Shown here in pieces: positions 46,193 to 56,600 of a DNA stretch of 64,000 bases. The stretch lies in the NCBI GenBank assembly GCA_031552815.1, contig JAVBMG010000014.1, forward strand, positions 77,251 to 141,250. Direction: 5' to 3'. The position numbers and the translations under genes are program-made. How positions within the stretch are numbered: the first letter of the stretch is position 1; every line of letters begins with the position of its first letter. The notes under the pieces are model-generated. The model was not told the DNA's origin. It saw only the letters and a list, made by a program, of their open reading frames with translations, and made no database searches. Source of the DNA: Opitutales bacterium (GTDB lineage: Bacteria > Verrucomicrobiota > Verrucomicrobiia > Opitutales > JAVBMG01).

Positions 46193-47395
46193 ATGAAAAC
46201 GTTCTGTTATTCGCTTATCGTTTTTTTTATTTCGCTAGGATCAAGCTTCTGCCTGGGAAATCCCAGTGATGCTACCGCCGAAACCACTGATCTGAATGCT
46301 GATTCCATACGGTTCACGGCAACGCCGGCCGATGACTGGAACGCCGTACTCACCCGCACGTCCGGCTGGCTGGCCGCGGACGGTGTTTACTCCATGAACC
46401 TGTCTTCGGGGAAAGAAACGCCTGCCGGATCCAGAGACCGCATTCTCTTTATATTCAGCGACAGTTTTCTCGGCGAAATAAAGGACGGTAAACTGCAACC
46501 GGGTTGCACGATGGTAAACAATACGGTGGCCTTGCTTGAAGGGAAAACACCCGACCCCGATAAGATTACTTTTTACTGGCGCAAGCCGGGTAATAAGACG
46601 CAAAGTGTTTTCCTACCGGAAAAACCAAAGGACGGAAGTTATTTCTGGCTCGGAGACGGTTTCGTGAATACGGATAACTTCGGCGAATTATGTCTGTTTG
46701 CCTATGAAATGCGAAACACGGGAAAAGGCGCTTTTGGGTTTGAGCAAATCGGAACCAGCATCCTGACCGTCGACAAGGGCGAGAAAATGCCATTCAACCG
46801 TTACCGCCAAACAGAATTGCCTTTTTCCTTCAAAGAGAAGGCGGATAAAATGACCAATCCGTTCGGTGCGGGCATTTTTATGAATACCGAAAAAGCGGGA
46901 GCCAAAAACCCTGACGGCTACGTTTATATCTACGGTGTCTACGGTGAAAAGAAACAGGTACTTGTCGCCCGCGTTTTACCCAAGGAATTTACGCAGTTCT
47001 CCGCATGGCGTTTCTGGAACGGAAGCGAATGGGACAGCGATGTAAACCACGCTGCCGCCGTCACGGACAGAGCCTCGCATGAGTTGAGCCTTACTCAGCT
47101 TTCCGACGGACGCTACGCCCTGATTTTCCAGATCGATACGATTGGCGCACAAATCGGGATGCGGCTGGCAAAACAGCCGCAAGGCCCTTTTGGCCCAATC
47201 ATTAAAGTCTGGGATTGTCCTGAGGTTAAAGTGTCCCCGAATTTCTATGTCTATAACGCCAAGGCGCATCCCGTGCTCTCATCCGCGAATGAACTGATTA
47301 TTTCCTACAACGTGAATTCATTCAAATTCCTTCAGGATATAAACAGCTATCCGAATTATTTCCGCCCGCGGTTTGTCCGCGTGACCTTTGAATAG
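46193..47395 (+). CDS. Secreted hypothetical protein, possibly a DUF4185-like (glycosidase-like beta-propeller) protein
   Basis: ATG 46193 gives the signal peptide MKTFCYSLIVFFISLGSSFC. Host-like GC resumes here. The family call is tentative. Confidence 0.5.
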   Translation: MKTFCYSLIVFFISLGSSFCLGNPSDATAETTDLNADSIRFTATPADDWNAVLTRTSGWLAADGVYSMNLSSGKETPAGSRDRILFIFSDSFLGEIKDGKLQPGCTMVNNTVALLEGKTPDPDKITFYWRKPGNKTQSVFLPEKPKDGSYFWLGDGFVNTDNFGELCLFAYEMRNTGKGAFGFEQIGTSILTVDKGEKMPFNRYRQTELPFSFKEKADKMTNPFGAGIFMNTEKAGAKNPDGYVYIYGVYGEKKQVLVARVLPKEFTQFSAWRFWNGSEWDSDVNHAAAVTDRASHELSLTQLSDGRYALIFQIDTIGAQIGMRLAKQPQGPFGPIIKVWDCPEVKVSPNFYVYNAKAHPVLSSANELIISYNVNSFKFLQDINSYPNYFRPRFVRVTFE

Positions 47396-47507
47396 AATGA
47401 GGTTGTCAGCAAGAGAACGGTAGCATGGGAAGAGCATCGTTTTCCTTTTTTCATCGTTTTCTTTATACTTCCCAAAAATAATTACTCTGCCATGCTGATG
47501 CCATCAT

Positions 47508-48167
47508 ATGGAAAGTTATTCAAAGATTCTCGCGCCTTCCCTGCTGGCAGGTGATCACGGAAATCTGGCGGAAGGCATCCGCCTGATGGATGATTCGGGT
47601 ATTGAATGGGTGCACCTTGACATCATGGACGGGCATTTCGTGCCGAACCTTTCTTTCGGCCCGCAGACACTTGCCGCGCTCCGCCCACGGACAAAACTTT
47701 TCTTTGATACGCACCTGATGCTGGACAACCCGCATAAGTATATTGAAGCCTTTGCCAAGGCAGGAAGCGACCTGATCAGCATCCATGTGGAACCGGATTA
47801 CCCGATAGCGGAAACCCTCAAACGGATCCGCGAACTGGGTTGCAAGAACGGTATCGTTCTCAACCCGAAAACGCCGGTAGCATCCCTATTGCCCTTTCTA
47901 CCCGATGTTGACCTCGTACTCGTGATGTCCGTCCAACCGGGTTTCGGCGGACAGTCGTTCCAGAAGCACACGATTGAGAAAATGAGGCAGATCCATGACT
48001 GGCGTAAACAGCACGGCTATCGGTTTCGCCTTGAAGTGGACGGCGGCATCACCCGCGACAATATTGCCTCCTGCGCTCAGGCAGGCGTGGATACGTTTGT
48101 CGCCGGGACTTCCTTTTTTAAAGACAAAGATCCGGCAGCATTCACACGGTTTGTGAAGACGCTGTAA
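47508..48167 (+). CDS. rpe: Ribulose-phosphate 3-epimerase
   Basis: ILAPSLLAGD, HLDIMDGHFVPN and VQPGFGGQ motifs. Confidence 0.9.
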   Translation: MESYSKILAPSLLAGDHGNLAEGIRLMDDSGIEWVHLDIMDGHFVPNLSFGPQTLAALRPRTKLFFDTHLMLDNPHKYIEAFAKAGSDLISIHVEPDYPIAETLKRIRELGCKNGIVLNPKTPVASLLPFLPDVDLVLVMSVQPGFGGQSFQKHTIEKMRQIHDWRKQHGYRFRLEVDGGITRDNIASCAQAGVDTFVAGTSFFKDKDPAAFTRFVKTL

Positions 48168-48188
48168 CGGTTTTCCCCGGCGGTAACA

Positions 48189-49484
48189 TCATTCCCCGCT
48201 GGGTTCTTCTTCCTCTTCTTCCTGAAGACGGACTTTCACGGAAATCACACGGCGTTTATCGACCTGAAGCACCTGGATTTCCATCCGCCCGATCTGCATG
48301 CGTTCATCCTTGGCGGGAATCCGGCCAAGCTCCGATGTAATTAATCCGGACAGGGTAGATACATCCTCGTCATCGGACATCTCGATGTTCAATGCGTCCT
48401 CGACATCGTGCAAGGGTGTAAGCCCTGAAATCAGGAAAACATTTTCCGAAAGCTGGACAATATTGCTTTCCTCCTTGTCGAATTCGTCACGTATATCGCC
48501 GACGAGTTCCTCAATCAGGTTTTCCAGCGTGACGACTCCCATGCTGCCGCCGAATTCATCGGTCACCAGCGCCATATGCATCTCCGTGCGGAGCATACGC
48601 TCGATCGCACGGTCCACGGTAACATTCCATTCAATGCTGATGATCGGGCGTTTGATGGTTTCCAGGCGCAACGTTTCAATCGGCCCGCGATAACGGAAAA
48701 TATCCTTGATGTGAATCAGCCCGACGCAGTGATCCAGATCGCCCTTGCACAGAGGGAAACGGGTATGCCCGCAGCTCTTTGCTTTTTCCAGGACCTCGGA
48801 AACCGCGTCTTCCTCGTCAAAGTAAACAACCTTGTTGCGCGGAATCAGTACGTCATGCACATCGATACTTTGCAATTGCAACGCATTTTCCAGAAAGGTG
48901 CGCGTCATCGGCTGCAAATCATCCAGTTCAACGCCAAGCGCTTTCAGTTGCAACTCGGCATCGGGAATTTTCGGAACCACCACATCCGGTAAACGGAATA
49001 TGCGTTGAAGACGGCTGAACACGAAACGGATCAAAAGCACAAACGGGTACACGATGTTACGGATCAGCAACATCCATGTTACCGTCATACGAAGAAAGCG
49101 CTCCGAGGCGTTCAGCGAGATTGAACGGGGCATCATTTCGCACAAAAGAAAATAAACAAAGATGAAGAGGATGAACGCAAACAGGCATATGCCCCGGAAT
49201 GCATGAGACCCGGAAAAGAGATTGTATACCAGATTGTAAAAAAGAAATCCGGACACGATAGAACAGCACACCGACACAAAGCGCATGGCCTGCACATTGA
49301 GTTCCGCATGTTTTGCGAGTTTCTTGATCCTCGGATCTTTACGGACAATATCGGCGCTGGTCGTATGCAAGCGCACCACCGCATGAATCCCGGCGGTAAA
49401 TGTTCCGTGGATTCCGGTCACCGCCAGCAGGCTGACGACGAACCAGAATAAGTCCGAAAGTAAAACTTCCCTTAGAATATTCAT
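48189..49484 (-). CDS. CNNM/CorC-HlyC family transporter (DUF21 + CBS pair + CorC_HlyC)
   Basis: N-terminal 4-TM DUF21 region, a CBS pair, and a C-terminal CorC domain (VFLISGLTPLHDVEDAL...RIPAKDE). Confidence 0.85.
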   Translation of the reverse strand: MNILREVLLSDLFWFVVSLLAVTGIHGTFTAGIHAVVRLHTTSADIVRKDPRIKKLAKHAELNVQAMRFVSVCCSIVSGFLFYNLVYNLFSGSHAFRGICLFAFILFIFVYFLLCEMMPRSISLNASERFLRMTVTWMLLIRNIVYPFVLLIRFVFSRLQRIFRLPDVVVPKIPDAELQLKALGVELDDLQPMTRTFLENALQLQSIDVHDVLIPRNKVVYFDEEDAVSEVLEKAKSCGHTRFPLCKGDLDHCVGLIHIKDIFRYRGPIETLRLETIKRPIISIEWNVTVDRAIERMLRTEMHMALVTDEFGGSMGVVTLENLIEELVGDIRDEFDKEESNIVQLSENVFLISGLTPLHDVEDALNIEMSDDEDVSTLSGLITSELGRIPAKDERMQIGRMEIQVLQVDKRRVISVKVRLQEEEEEEPSGE

Positions 49485-49506
49485 TTTGTTTAATGTTTCT
49501 GACTAC

Positions 49507-50604
49507 TTACCGGATCTGGTCACGCTGCAATTCCATCAGTTCAAGAAACTTTGCATTCTGCTCCGGCTTTCCGACAGAAACCCGCATATACTGTCCGCTG
49601 GCATGTTTTGTCGGACGCACGATGACGCCCTTTGATTGCAGCTCGGAAAACAATCCCTCAGCGTCGCGGACAGGAAAAAGAATGAAATTGGCCGCGCTGG
49701 GAATCGGCGAAAACCCCATGCCCGTCAATGCTACCGTCAGGCGTGCACGCTCCTTGCGATTAAATTCGCGGCAGAACGTCACAAAGTCCTGGTCTTCCAG
49801 GGCCACCTCGGCCGCACGCAATCCGAATCCGTTCACGTTGAATGGCTGGCGGACGCGTTGCAGAAAACTGATGAATTCTTTTGACGCGTATGCATATCCG
49901 ACCCGCAACTGGGCCAAGCCGTAAATTTTGGAAAAAGTACGGAGACAGACCACCTTCCGCCCTTCCCTGACAAGCTCGCGCATGTCCGGCTGTTCATCCA
50001 GATACTCGGCGTAAGCCTCATCAAAGACAAGCACCACATGTTCCGGCAAAGCGCGCGCAAATGCCAGAATATCGTTTGCCGAATTAGCCGGACCGGTAGG
50101 ATTATTCGGGCTCGCAACAAAAACCACACGGGTGCGCTCGGTGACCGCCGCCAACAGTGCATCAAAATCGTTGGCGTAATTTTTCATGGGAACCGGCACG
50201 GGCTTAGCGCCGAACATCATCGTCACCAATCCATAAACAGGAAAACTGAAATCACTGAAAACCGCCTCCGTTTCGTCATCCAGGAACAAGTGCCCGATGA
50301 ATTCCAGAATCTCATTTGATCCTGCCCCGATCAGGAACTGGTCCTGGGAAAGATTCCAGAACCGGGCGAGTTTTGCCCTGAGAAAATGTGCGGACCCATC
50401 CGGATACAGGTTTGTGTGATCCAGCATTTCCGTCAACGCAGCCTTTACCTTCGGCGAACAGCCCCAAGGTCCTTCATTTGAGGCCAATTTGTAAACGTTC
50501 CCTACATCCAGACCGTACTCGCGGGCAACCGCTTCAATGGGTTTCCCCGGAACATAGACAGGTTGATTCAGCAAATGCGAAAAAATCAAATCTTCGTATT
50601 TCAT
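49507..50604 (-). CDS. hisC: Histidinol-phosphate aminotransferase
   Basis: KLASNEGPWG, SPNNPTG and RTFSKIYGLA (PLP Lys) motifs. Confidence 0.9.
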   Translation of the reverse strand: MKYEDLIFSHLLNQPVYVPGKPIEAVAREYGLDVGNVYKLASNEGPWGCSPKVKAALTEMLDHTNLYPDGSAHFLRAKLARFWNLSQDQFLIGAGSNEILEFIGHLFLDDETEAVFSDFSFPVYGLVTMMFGAKPVPVPMKNYANDFDALLAAVTERTRVVFVASPNNPTGPANSANDILAFARALPEHVVLVFDEAYAEYLDEQPDMRELVREGRKVVCLRTFSKIYGLAQLRVGYAYASKEFISFLQRVRQPFNVNGFGLRAAEVALEDQDFVTFCREFNRKERARLTVALTGMGFSPIPSAANFILFPVRDAEGLFSELQSKGVIVRPTKHASGQYMRVSVGKPEQNAKFLELMELQRDQIR

Positions 50605-50782
50605 TTATGGGAATTGTTTTAGCCTACCTGAGTTCTTTTCGCAAATAAAAACCCAGACGCGCGCGGCAACATGAAAACCATCTGCCACAAAAACGGTTCA
50701 CACTGTCACTTCATCCGCTGATTTATTCGTCTTTTGTTTTCTTTGCCTTGCCAAAAAGCGGCTTAATAATAATGCTACCGTC

Positions 50783-51550
50783 ATGCTCAATGTACGAATT
50801 ATTCCCTGTCTTGATATGAAGAACGGCCGTGTCGTGAAAGGCGTCAAATTTGTTGACCTGATTGACGCGGGAGACCCTGTCGAATCTGCAAAGGCCTACC
50901 AACAGCAAGGAGCCGACGAACTGGTTTTCCTCGACATAACGGCAAGCCACGAGGAGCGCGACATCATGCACAAGGTAGTGGAACGTACGGCTTCGGAATG
51001 TTTTATGCCGCTCACTGTCGGCGGCGGATTGCGTTCCGTGCAAAACATCCGCGACATGCTTTCAGCGGGCGCGGACAAAGTCAGCCTGAACACATCAGCT
51101 ATCCTTGATCCTGATCTCATTTTCAAATCCGCCTCGCACTTCGGTTCGCAATGCATCGTCGTTGCCATCGACGCAAAAAAGGTTCCCGGAGAAGACCGCT
51201 GGATGGTTTACACGCACGGCGGACGCAAGGAAACAGGCCTGGATGTCGTTGACTGGGCAAAACATGTCGAACAACTCGGCGCGGGAGAAATCCTGCTCAC
51301 GAGCATGGACCAGGACGGAATGAAATCAGGCTACGATGTTGCCATGACGCGGAGAGTCGCGGAAGCAGTCCGCATTCCGGTCATTGCTTCCGGCGGCGCA
51401 GGCAGCATCCAGCACATGATCGACGTGGTCAAGGAAGGGAAAGCCAACGCGGTTCTGGCCGCATCGGTTTTCCACTTCGGTACCTATACGATTTCGCAAG
51501 TAAAAGCTGAGATGCAAAAGGCAGGCATCAGCGTACGGATCACGGAATAA
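50783..51550 (+). CDS. hisF: Imidazole glycerol phosphate synthase cyclase subunit
   Basis: [25 protein letters not shown] and ASGGAG motifs. Confidence 0.95.
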   Translation: MLNVRIIPCLDMKNGRVVKGVKFVDLIDAGDPVESAKAYQQQGADELVFLDITASHEERDIMHKVVERTASECFMPLTVGGGLRSVQNIRDMLSAGADKVSLNTSAILDPDLIFKSASHFGSQCIVVAIDAKKVPGEDRWMVYTHGGRKETGLDVVDWAKHVEQLGAGEILLTSMDQDGMKSGYDVAMTRRVAEAVRIPVIASGGAGSIQHMIDVVKEGKANAVLAASVFHFGTYTISQVKAEMQKAGISVRITE

Positions 51551-51591
51551 CTTTCAACAGGCGGTAGTATCCATGCTGCCGTCTGCATTTT

Positions 51592-52428
51592 ATGCTCAGC
51601 ATCCTTGAGATTATCCAACGTACCACGGACTATTTCCGGAAAAGCGGCATAGACAATCCGCGTATTGACGCGGAATGGATCGTCGCCCATGCACTCGGTT
51701 GCAAACGGCTGCAAATGTTCCTGCGTTTCGACGAACCGCTCAGCGAGGACATGCTGGCAAAAATCCGCCCGCTCGTGAAACGACGAGCCATGCGCGAACC
51801 GCTCCAGTACATCCTCGGGAATGTGGATTTTTGCGGACTCAATCTGCTCTGCGATAAACGCGCGCTCATCCCGCGACCGGAAACGGAAGAACTGGCAGAA
51901 TGGCTCTCATCCCATGTTACCGCTCCCAAGACAGTATTGGATCTGGGTACGGGCACGGGAGCCTTGGCACTGGCCTTGCTGACCTTTTTCCCGGAGGCCC
52001 ATGCTACCGCCGTGGATATCAGTCAGGATGCCTTGGCGCTCGCAGAGGAAAATGCGCAACGAAACCAGTTGGCAACACGCATTGCGTTTATCCATTCCAA
52101 CTGGTTTGAAAAGATCGACGGTAGCTTTGACCTGATTGTCAGCAATCCTCCCTATCTTTCGCAGGAGGAAGTCGCGTCCGCCCAGCCGGAAGTAAAGGAT
52201 TTCGAACCTTATAATGCACTCGTTTCCGACGAAAACGGATTGAAGGATTTACACAGCATCCTTACACAGGGATACGAACATCTGAATGCAAACGGTGTTT
52301 TGGCCTGTGAAACCGGCATCGCCCAACACGAACAACTGAAAGCCATTGCCGAAAAAACGGGATACTCAGAGACATTATCCCTCAAGGACGTACACCATCG
52401 TTTGCGTTTTTTTGTAGCCAAGAAGTAG
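51592..52428 (+). CDS. prmC: Peptide chain release factor N5-glutamine methyltransferase
   Basis: DLGTGTGALAL SAM-binding motif and the NPPY motif (VSNPPYL). Confidence 0.85.
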   Translation: MLSILEIIQRTTDYFRKSGIDNPRIDAEWIVAHALGCKRLQMFLRFDEPLSEDMLAKIRPLVKRRAMREPLQYILGNVDFCGLNLLCDKRALIPRPETEELAEWLSSHVTAPKTVLDLGTGTGALALALLTFFPEAHATAVDISQDALALAEENAQRNQLATRIAFIHSNWFEKIDGSFDLIVSNPPYLSQEEVASAQPEVKDFEPYNALVSDENGLKDLHSILTQGYEHLNANGVLACETGIAQHEQLKAIAEKTGYSETLSLKDVHHRLRFFVAKK

Positions 52429-52564
52429 GAATACAGTTGATAGAAAAGAGACGATGAAGGGAGAAAATGGCCCGGGGCTCCTTCACTCTTACCTATATTT
52501 ATTCTTTGCTTTTCAATGACGGTATTTCCTCTCCATTCTGATTTCTGTTTTCTCCTGCCATCGA

Positions 52565-54109
52565 CTATTTATCCCACGGCAACCTGGCAACGATACGGTT
52601 GTGTTCCCAGACATTGAACGGCGTAAATATCTTTCCCGGATTCAATATGCCGTTGGGATCGAGCGCCTGCTTGACTGATTGCATGGAGTCAATCTCCGCC
52701 TGGCTGTACTGTAAGGACAGGAACGGAGTCTTTGCCAACCCGATACCATGCTCGCCGCTGATCGCTCCGCCAAGTGCAACGGCCTTTTCCATGAGTTCAA
52801 GCACCGCCTTCTCTGCGTGCGCGCTTTGAGCCGCGTCCGCCTTATTGTACATGATGTTCACATGAAAATTTCCGTCGGCAGCATGGCCGAAAGTCGGTGT
52901 CGCCAATCCGTAGCGTCTTTTCAAATCGAGCGTAAACGCAATCAGTTCCGGTTGGGTATGGATAGGCACCACCACATCCTCATTCAGTTTTGTGTCGCCC
53001 ATCTGAAACATCGCCTGCGAACAGTTTCGGCGGATTTCCCAAAGCCGTTCGCTTTCTGATTCCGTATCGGCTTCTTTCCATGCTACCGTCTTTTGCCTGA
53101 TGACTTCCTGCAAGCGGATCTTTTCTGATTCAATCGCATCCGATGAACCGTCCAGCTCAATCAATAATAACGAAACGGTAGCATCGGAAATGCCCAGAAG
53201 CGATCCGTGCTTTTTCAACGTACAGGCAACTGTCTGCGAATCAAGGAATTCCAGGATGGAAGGAAGCACACGCGCCTTCACAATGGCCTGCACCGCCTCC
53301 AAGGCCGCGTTCTCTGATGCAAACACGGCAAGGCATGTCCATCGTGTTTCCGGCAAAGGAACCAAGCGTAAAATAGCCTCGGTCACAATACCGAGACAGC
53401 CCTCTGAACCAATCATCAGGTCGCGCATATTAAACCCGGCAGAATACTTCCGGACAGCCCGTCCGAACGCAAACGGTTCGCCATTGGCAAAAAAACCTTT
53501 CAACCCAAGCACATAATCGCGGGTTACGCCGTATTTTGCACCGCGCAATCCGCCGGCATTCGTGGCAATGCTGCCGCCGACGGTTGCATAACGCAAAGAA
53601 GACGGATCGGGCGGATAAAACCACTGCTGTTTTGCGGCAGCATCCTGCAACGCCGCGATGGTGACGCCTGCCTGGGCAAATGCAATACCGGCAACCGCAT
53701 CAATGCGCACTCCGTTCAGCGGCGAGAAATCCAGGACCCACCCCCCGTTCAGCGGTGTGGCGGAACCGGTCGTTGAGGAACCTGCACCACGGCTGGTTAC
53801 CGGAATACCATACTGATTCGCAACCTTGAGAATAGCCCCGACAGCAGAAGCCTCCCGTATACGGAAAAGCACATCCGGCAACCGTGATATTTTCAGGCTG
53901 TCAAAAGATGCCGCGAGCCTCGCTGAATCCTCATGGACCACTTCTGCTCCCGGTAAATGGTTCAACTGCTCCAATGCGAGAATATGCTTTTTCTCATTTT
54001 CCACAAAGAACACAATAGCCTGTATTGCAAAAAATTCACGCTCTATTCTTATGGGAAATAATTGAGGAAATTCTTCCCGTTTCTCTGATGCTACCGTTAT
54101 TTCCTGCAT
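52565..54109 (-). CDS. FAD-linked oxidase (GlcD / D-lactate dehydrogenase-like)
   Basis: FAD_binding_4 motif IPVTSRGAGSSTTGS and C-terminal GEHGIGLAK. ATG 54109 is preferred, because the longer ORF-track start would overlap glgB. Confidence 0.8.
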   Translation of the reverse strand: MQEITVASEKREEFPQLFPIRIEREFFAIQAIVFFVENEKKHILALEQLNHLPGAEVVHEDSARLAASFDSLKISRLPDVLFRIREASAVGAILKVANQYGIPVTSRGAGSSTTGSATPLNGGWVLDFSPLNGVRIDAVAGIAFAQAGVTIAALQDAAAKQQWFYPPDPSSLRYATVGGSIATNAGGLRGAKYGVTRDYVLGLKGFFANGEPFAFGRAVRKYSAGFNMRDLMIGSEGCLGIVTEAILRLVPLPETRWTCLAVFASENAALEAVQAIVKARVLPSILEFLDSQTVACTLKKHGSLLGISDATVSLLLIELDGSSDAIESEKIRLQEVIRQKTVAWKEADTESESERLWEIRRNCSQAMFQMGDTKLNEDVVVPIHTQPELIAFTLDLKRRYGLATPTFGHAADGNFHVNIMYNKADAAQSAHAEKAVLELMEKAVALGGAISGEHGIGLAKTPFLSLQYSQAEIDSMQSVKQALDPNGILNPGKIFTPFNVWEHNRIVARLPWDK

Positions 54110-54214
54110 TTTCCCATGTATTTTACCGAAAAACCCGTGTTTATCTTTGCGCTCGACGCTTTTTGGATGAACTCCTACAATTTCCGTAAAAACTATACCT
54201 CTGCTTTTAAACTT

Positions 54215-56494
54215 ATGAAACCAATTCCTCAATCCCCGGAAAAACCATCACGCAAGCAAAAATCCGTGAAATCCGAATCCATACAAAAACGAAAAGAACC
54301 TTCCGACCTGGAACTGCTTCTGTCCGTGCATCATTCCCAGCCTCACAGGTTTCTCGGCATGCATCCCTTCACGCAAGGCAAGACCAAGGGCGTGGTCGTC
54401 AGGGCTTACCTGCATGACGCCATCAATTGCGAGGTCGTCGACGCCATCACGGATAAACGCTACGAGCTGACGCGCATCGACAATACGGATTTGTTCGAAG
54501 GCTTTATCAGCGAACAGAAAAACGTATTTCCCTATCGTCTTCGTATCGAACGGCACAACGGCGAAATAAAACAGTTCTATGATCCTTATTCATTTTTACC
54601 GACAATAAGCGATCAGGACCTGTATCTTTTCAACGAAGGCACGGAGCATAAAGCGTATAAAAAACTGGGCGCACGTCCGCGCGTAATCGACGGTGTCGTC
54701 GGTGTTTCCTTTGCCGTATGGGCCCCGAGCGCAAAGCGCGTTTCCGTGGTAAGCGAATTCAATAATTGGGACGGACGCTACCATCCCATGCGCATACTGG
54801 GCAATTCAGGAGTCTGGGAAATTTTCATCCCCGGCATGCGGGCCGGAACAAAATACAAATACGAGGTTCTTTGTTCCGATGATACCATGCGACTGAAAAC
54901 CGATCCTTACGGAACATCCTTTGAAGCGCCGCCTTACAATTCCTCCATTGTTTGCGATGTGGATAATGATTACCAATGGAATGACAACGGCTGGATCAAT
55001 TACCGCGACTCCACGGACTGGCAAAAGAAACCGGTTTCGGTTTACGAGGTGCATCTTGGTTCGTGGAAACGCAATACCGAGGACGGGAACCGTCCGTACA
55101 CTTACCGTGAAATCGCCCACGATCTTGCCAACTATGTCAAAGAGCAAGGATTCACCCACGTCGAGTTTCTCCCTGTTGCGGAACACCCGTTCGAAGGATC
55201 ATGGGGTTATCAGGTAACGGGTTATTTTGCGCCGACACATCGTTTCGGCTCCCCGCATGATTTTAAATACCTCGTGGATACGCTCCATCAAAACGGTATC
55301 GGTGTCATCATGGACTGGGTTCCGGGTCACTTTCCGCGCGATGCGTTTGCCTTGGCCGAATTTGACGGCACCCATCTTTACGAACACGCCGATCCGCGTC
55401 AGGGTGAACACAAGGAATGGGGTACATTCATTTTCAATTATGACCGCCGCGAGGTGCGTTCTTTTCTTCTAGGCAGCGCGTTGGCCTGGCTCGACCGCTA
55501 CCACATCGACGGCTTGCGCGTAGACGCGGTAGCATCCATGCTTTATCTTGATTACGGACGCAAAGACGGCGAATGGATACCAAACCCTTACGGCGGCCAC
55601 GAGAATATCGGTGCGCTGGAATTCCTGCGTTACACGAACGATACTATCCACGAGTATTTCCCTGGCGCACTCATGATTGCCGAGGAATCAACCTCCTGGC
55701 CGGGCGTAACCAAGCCAACTTCTGAACTCGGACTGGGATTCGACCTGAAATGGAACATGGGCTGGATGCATGATACCATCCACTACATCAATCAGGACTC
55801 CCTGTTCCGCAAGCATTACCACAACTCGCTCACCTTCGGCATGCTTTACCAGTACTCCGAAAACTTCATGCTCGTTTATTCGCACGATGAAGTGGTTCAC
55901 GGTAAAGGTTCCATGCTGAACAAGGTCTCCGCCGGCAGCATCAAGGAAAAAGCACAAACCCTGCGAGCCCTCTATGCTTTCATGTGGACATGGCCGGGTA
56001 AGAAAACGCTGTTCATGGGCGGTGAATTCGGACAATCCCGCGAATGGAAATACGACGCAGGACTCGACTGGTTCCTGCTCCAATACAAGGATCATTCGGG
56101 CATACAAGCGGTTGTTAAAGACCTGAATTATTTTTACCGCAATAATCCCGGACTCGCCGAGAGGGAAAACGATTCGCATGCATTCACATGGATCAATGTA
56201 GGCGACTGGCAACAGTCCGTACTGAGTTTTGCGCGTTTTGGAAACACTCCGGACGAGATGTACCTGGTTGTCACCAACTTCACCCCGGTCATGCGCCAAA
56301 GATATCGTATCGGTGTACCGAAAGGCGGCTACTGGACAGAGCTTATCAATACAAATGCCGGAGAATACGGCGGGAGCGGAGAAGGCAACCTGGGAGGCGT
56401 ATCAAGCGAAACTATCCCATGTGACGGACGCAACGACAGCATCGAAATCACATTGCCTGGATTAACGACTGTTATCTTCAAGCTTCACGTTTAA
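54215..56494 (+). CDS. glgB: 1,4-alpha-glucan branching enzyme
   Basis: GH13 motifs (DWVPGHF, GLRVDAVASMLY, AEESTSWP, YSHDEVVHGK). ATG 54215 is preferred. Confidence 0.9.
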   Translation: MKPIPQSPEKPSRKQKSVKSESIQKRKEPSDLELLLSVHHSQPHRFLGMHPFTQGKTKGVVVRAYLHDAINCEVVDAITDKRYELTRIDNTDLFEGFISEQKNVFPYRLRIERHNGEIKQFYDPYSFLPTISDQDLYLFNEGTEHKAYKKLGARPRVIDGVVGVSFAVWAPSAKRVSVVSEFNNWDGRYHPMRILGNSGVWEIFIPGMRAGTKYKYEVLCSDDTMRLKTDPYGTSFEAPPYNSSIVCDVDNDYQWNDNGWINYRDSTDWQKKPVSVYEVHLGSWKRNTEDGNRPYTYREIAHDLANYVKEQGFTHVEFLPVAEHPFEGSWGYQVTGYFAPTHRFGSPHDFKYLVDTLHQNGIGVIMDWVPGHFPRDAFALAEFDGTHLYEHADPRQGEHKEWGTFIFNYDRREVRSFLLGSALAWLDRYHIDGLRVDAVASMLYLDYGRKDGEWIPNPYGGHENIGALEFLRYTNDTIHEYFPGALMIAEESTSWPGVTKPTSELGLGFDLKWNMGWMHDTIHYINQDSLFRKHYHNSLTFGMLYQYSENFMLVYSHDEVVHGKGSMLNKVSAGSIKEKAQTLRALYAFMWTWPGKKTLFMGGEFGQSREWKYDAGLDWFLLQYKDHSGIQAVVKDLNYFYRNNPGLAERENDSHAFTWINVGDWQQSVLSFARFGNTPDEMYLVVTNFTPVMRQRYRIGVPKGGYWTELINTNAGEYGGSGEGNLGGVSSETIPCDGRNDSIEITLPGLTTVIFKLHV

Positions 56495-56513
56495 CACACG
56501 CCCTGCCTGAAAT

Positions 56514-56545
56514 AAAAAATCCCCGCAATGCTGCGGGGATTTTTT
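56514..56545. terminator. Bidirectional intrinsic terminator between convergent glgB and hppA
   Basis: aaaaaatCCCCGCAatgcTGCGGGGatttttt. A 7-bp GC stem with a 4-nt loop is flanked by an A-run and a T-run, so it can act on both strands. Confidence 0.85.
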
Positions 56546-56600
56546 AATTTTTCACTGTCTCATGCTACCGCCAATAAACGGCAGCACGGTTTTTATTTTC

